A stretch of 64,000 bases of DNA from positions 63,552,001 to 63,616,000 of the forward strand of contig OZ076409.1 in assembly GCA_964187785.1 (NCBI GenBank), given 5' to 3'. Positions 61,649-64,000 of this stretch are shown one piece after another. Within the stretch, counting starts at the first letter, position 1. Each line of letters opens with the position of its first letter. The DNA is from Amphiscolops sp. MND2022 (taxonomy: Eukaryota). The notes below the pieces were generated by a model. It made no database searches. It saw only the letters and a list, made by a program, of their open reading frames with translations, and was not told the origin of the DNA. A program made the position numbers and the translations under genes.

Positions 61649-64000
61649 AAAACGCATACGCTCCGGTTCAAACACAAACCCTCTGGGTTGAAAAGCAAGC
61701 ATCTTACTAGACCACAAACGCCTGAACTGTGCGAGTTGCGGGCTGAAACGTGTTGTCGCGCGGAAAAAAACATCCGCCTTTTCCCATAACACTTGCTTAT
61801 AGCAAGTGTTATCAAAACTTTGATAGAAAATGTTCGTTAGTTGACTAGATTTCCATATAGAGAAAACTGCGGTAACGTCGTAGTTTCAATGACGCTTCAA
61901 CAAATTGAAAACTTGGAATAGATGGGAACTTGGAACAGCAAAAGAATACATGGGGCTTGTAAACTTATGGATTTCGTCGTCTCAAGAGCCAACCCTATAG
62001 CCATCGTAAGAGCTTTTTTTCATATAGAAACAGGAAAAAATTCAGAACAGAAAACCTTCCCTCTTCGCCCCTGTCACCGAGGTACATTTTTAAAGATTCC
62101 ACCCCTGAAATTTTTCGAACAGTAACTCAAAATGACAAAATGTTCAAAACATTAAAATAAATAGAGTTAAAACCTTCAACATACCACCCGACAGGTGAAA
62201 CTATTTAACTGAGCTACGTGACAAAAGAAAGCAGTGACTAGGTATTCCACACACAGAGGACCGGAACAATTTCAGTACTGAATTAATTCAGCGACGTCAT
62301 ATTATTAAGGCTTGAGTATAGCCGATACTCTACGGAGCTTGCAAAAACTTTCAAAAGACTAGACACTTTTTGGGTCTTTCAGATTAATTTCAGGCACTTT
62401 TTAAAACTTTATAATTCTCCATTTAAAAAGTATGCCAACTAGCTAAACATGTTTCTCTAAAACTCTGCGATTTTTTGGGGAATTATTTCATAAGAAATTT
62501 CTTTGTTTTAAAAAATTGGTACCAAAAATTAAAATTGTACCAAAAGTGCGTAACGACCAAAAAATCATTTTTTTTGTTTTGCAAAATTTTCAAATTAAAA
62601 GCCTCAACTTGCCGTTACAAAAGTGTGCTAAGTAACTATTTGTTCTTTTGTCGAACTAAATATTCACACATACGAAAACATTCAAAAATAGTACCAAAAG
62701 AACAAAAAAGATCAAAAATTTGAAATACGAACCTAATTTGTAGTTGCATTTTGTGGAATAACTTCCATCTTCTGAGTATGAAATTGGAGCATTGCAAAAT
62801 CTGGAAAAACGCCGCGGCCTTTTTTTATATGAACTTCCCCTTCCCATTTGCAAACATGGGCGGGAAAATGAACACCGCCAGAAGATTAGCAAATTTTTTA
62901 GCATCCAGGCTGAATTGATCACAAATTCCTTTTCTTGCTTTTATTCTTACATGAAACATCAGAAAACCAAAGCTTTTCTGCTTCCTTTCCCAACAGAAGC
63001 ATCCAAAAAACCAAAACAAAAGTTCGATTTGGTTTAAGGATATCGAGAAAATTTTTCTATCAAGTTAATATTTAAAACTTTTTGAAACACGAAAGTTTTT
63101 AACTACACTAAAATAATTTCAGTAATTGAAATTTCTCGATTAACACGGAAAATTATTCACAATGACTGAAAAATTAGTCCAATTTCTCAGATTTTTTCCC
63201 ACAAAGAGGAATAGCTGATTTCAAATACATAAGTGTGAGGTGGCATTGCTCACGGGAATATTTCTAAGCTGTTTCCTGGTATTGCAATAACCAAGTTTGA
63301 ATAAAGAATCAATTTCTTCTTTCAAGTAAACAATAATCATGGCAACTTCTGGTAATCCTATATTTTCGAACTCTTGAAACAGTGCTCTGATTACAACTAT
63401 CAAAAAATTCGAGAAAATCAAGATGAAGCGGTCATGAGCGCTTTAAAATAACCAGGTGACAGAGAAAAAGCACAGTATAAGACAAAGGTGTCAGTCGTTG
63501 AAAAGCAGTGCACAATTTATCCGGGTCGGACATACAAAACCTTCAAGTCGATCATTGAAGGATAGCATTCTTAGAGCGAGTATTGTATTGTTCAAAAGAC
63601 TTGGAAATTCCTGGTAGTGCTTGAACAATCAAAAAATTCTGGTTGCTTCAAGTTCATTTTCCTAGAACGAAGTTGATACATATGCGGTCACTGTGAAAGC
63701 GGCATGCTGTTTTCCTGGTGTCAAGGCATCTAATTTGACATGGAAAAATGGACTGCCATTCATTAGAAATAATTCAAGTGAAGCAACCTGCGAACAGCTA
63801 TGTTTAGAAAAAAGAACATACCCTCTCGAATAGTTTTTATGCATGACCGCTTGCGCAAAGAATGAGGCGGAAAACTGAAACGTGTTTAGAACATCGTCAA
63901 AAACTGGCAAATTTCGGAAAAACGCATCTGAATTATAATTGGCTCCGGTCACAGCAGTTTTTAGTAGTCAAGTAACGAAGCTGAAATTTAAACAGGACTA

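Overview
AT-rich eukaryotic (invertebrate-animal-like) genomic DNA; no prokaryotic operons or CRISPR arrays. All recognisable host genes are on the minus strand. (1) A protein kinase D (PRKD) gene, which I assembled by hand into 22 phase-consistent exons from 56805 to 19050 (~1471 aa). (2) A 3-exon acetyl-CoA transporter SLC33A1 (11473-9198, 574 aa). (3) The first coding exon of the mitochondrial Rho GTPase Miro (5634-5482), which presumably continues left of the window. (4) A possible 82-aa two-exon microprotein between SLC33A1 and Miro. Introns and intergenic DNA are rich in mobile DNA: about 10 Helentron/DINE-1-like non-autonomous elements, a 6.5-kb ~184-bp-monomer satellite with higher-order structure, an internally deleted hAT element with an intact ORF, a 5'-truncated CRE-like non-LTR retrotransposon with a 16-bp TSD, and three long palindromes. 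The most unusual items are GG...CC MITEs (9-bp TSD) with unrelated terminal repeats that share a near-identical GCGAAGC-hairpin core, a decayed virus-like module (HUH-motif pseudogene plus a PC4-like gene) at 1-2900, and a transposon-associated duplication of a PRKD kinase exon that has since been disabled. All assignments come from reading the sequence by eye; no database searches were run.
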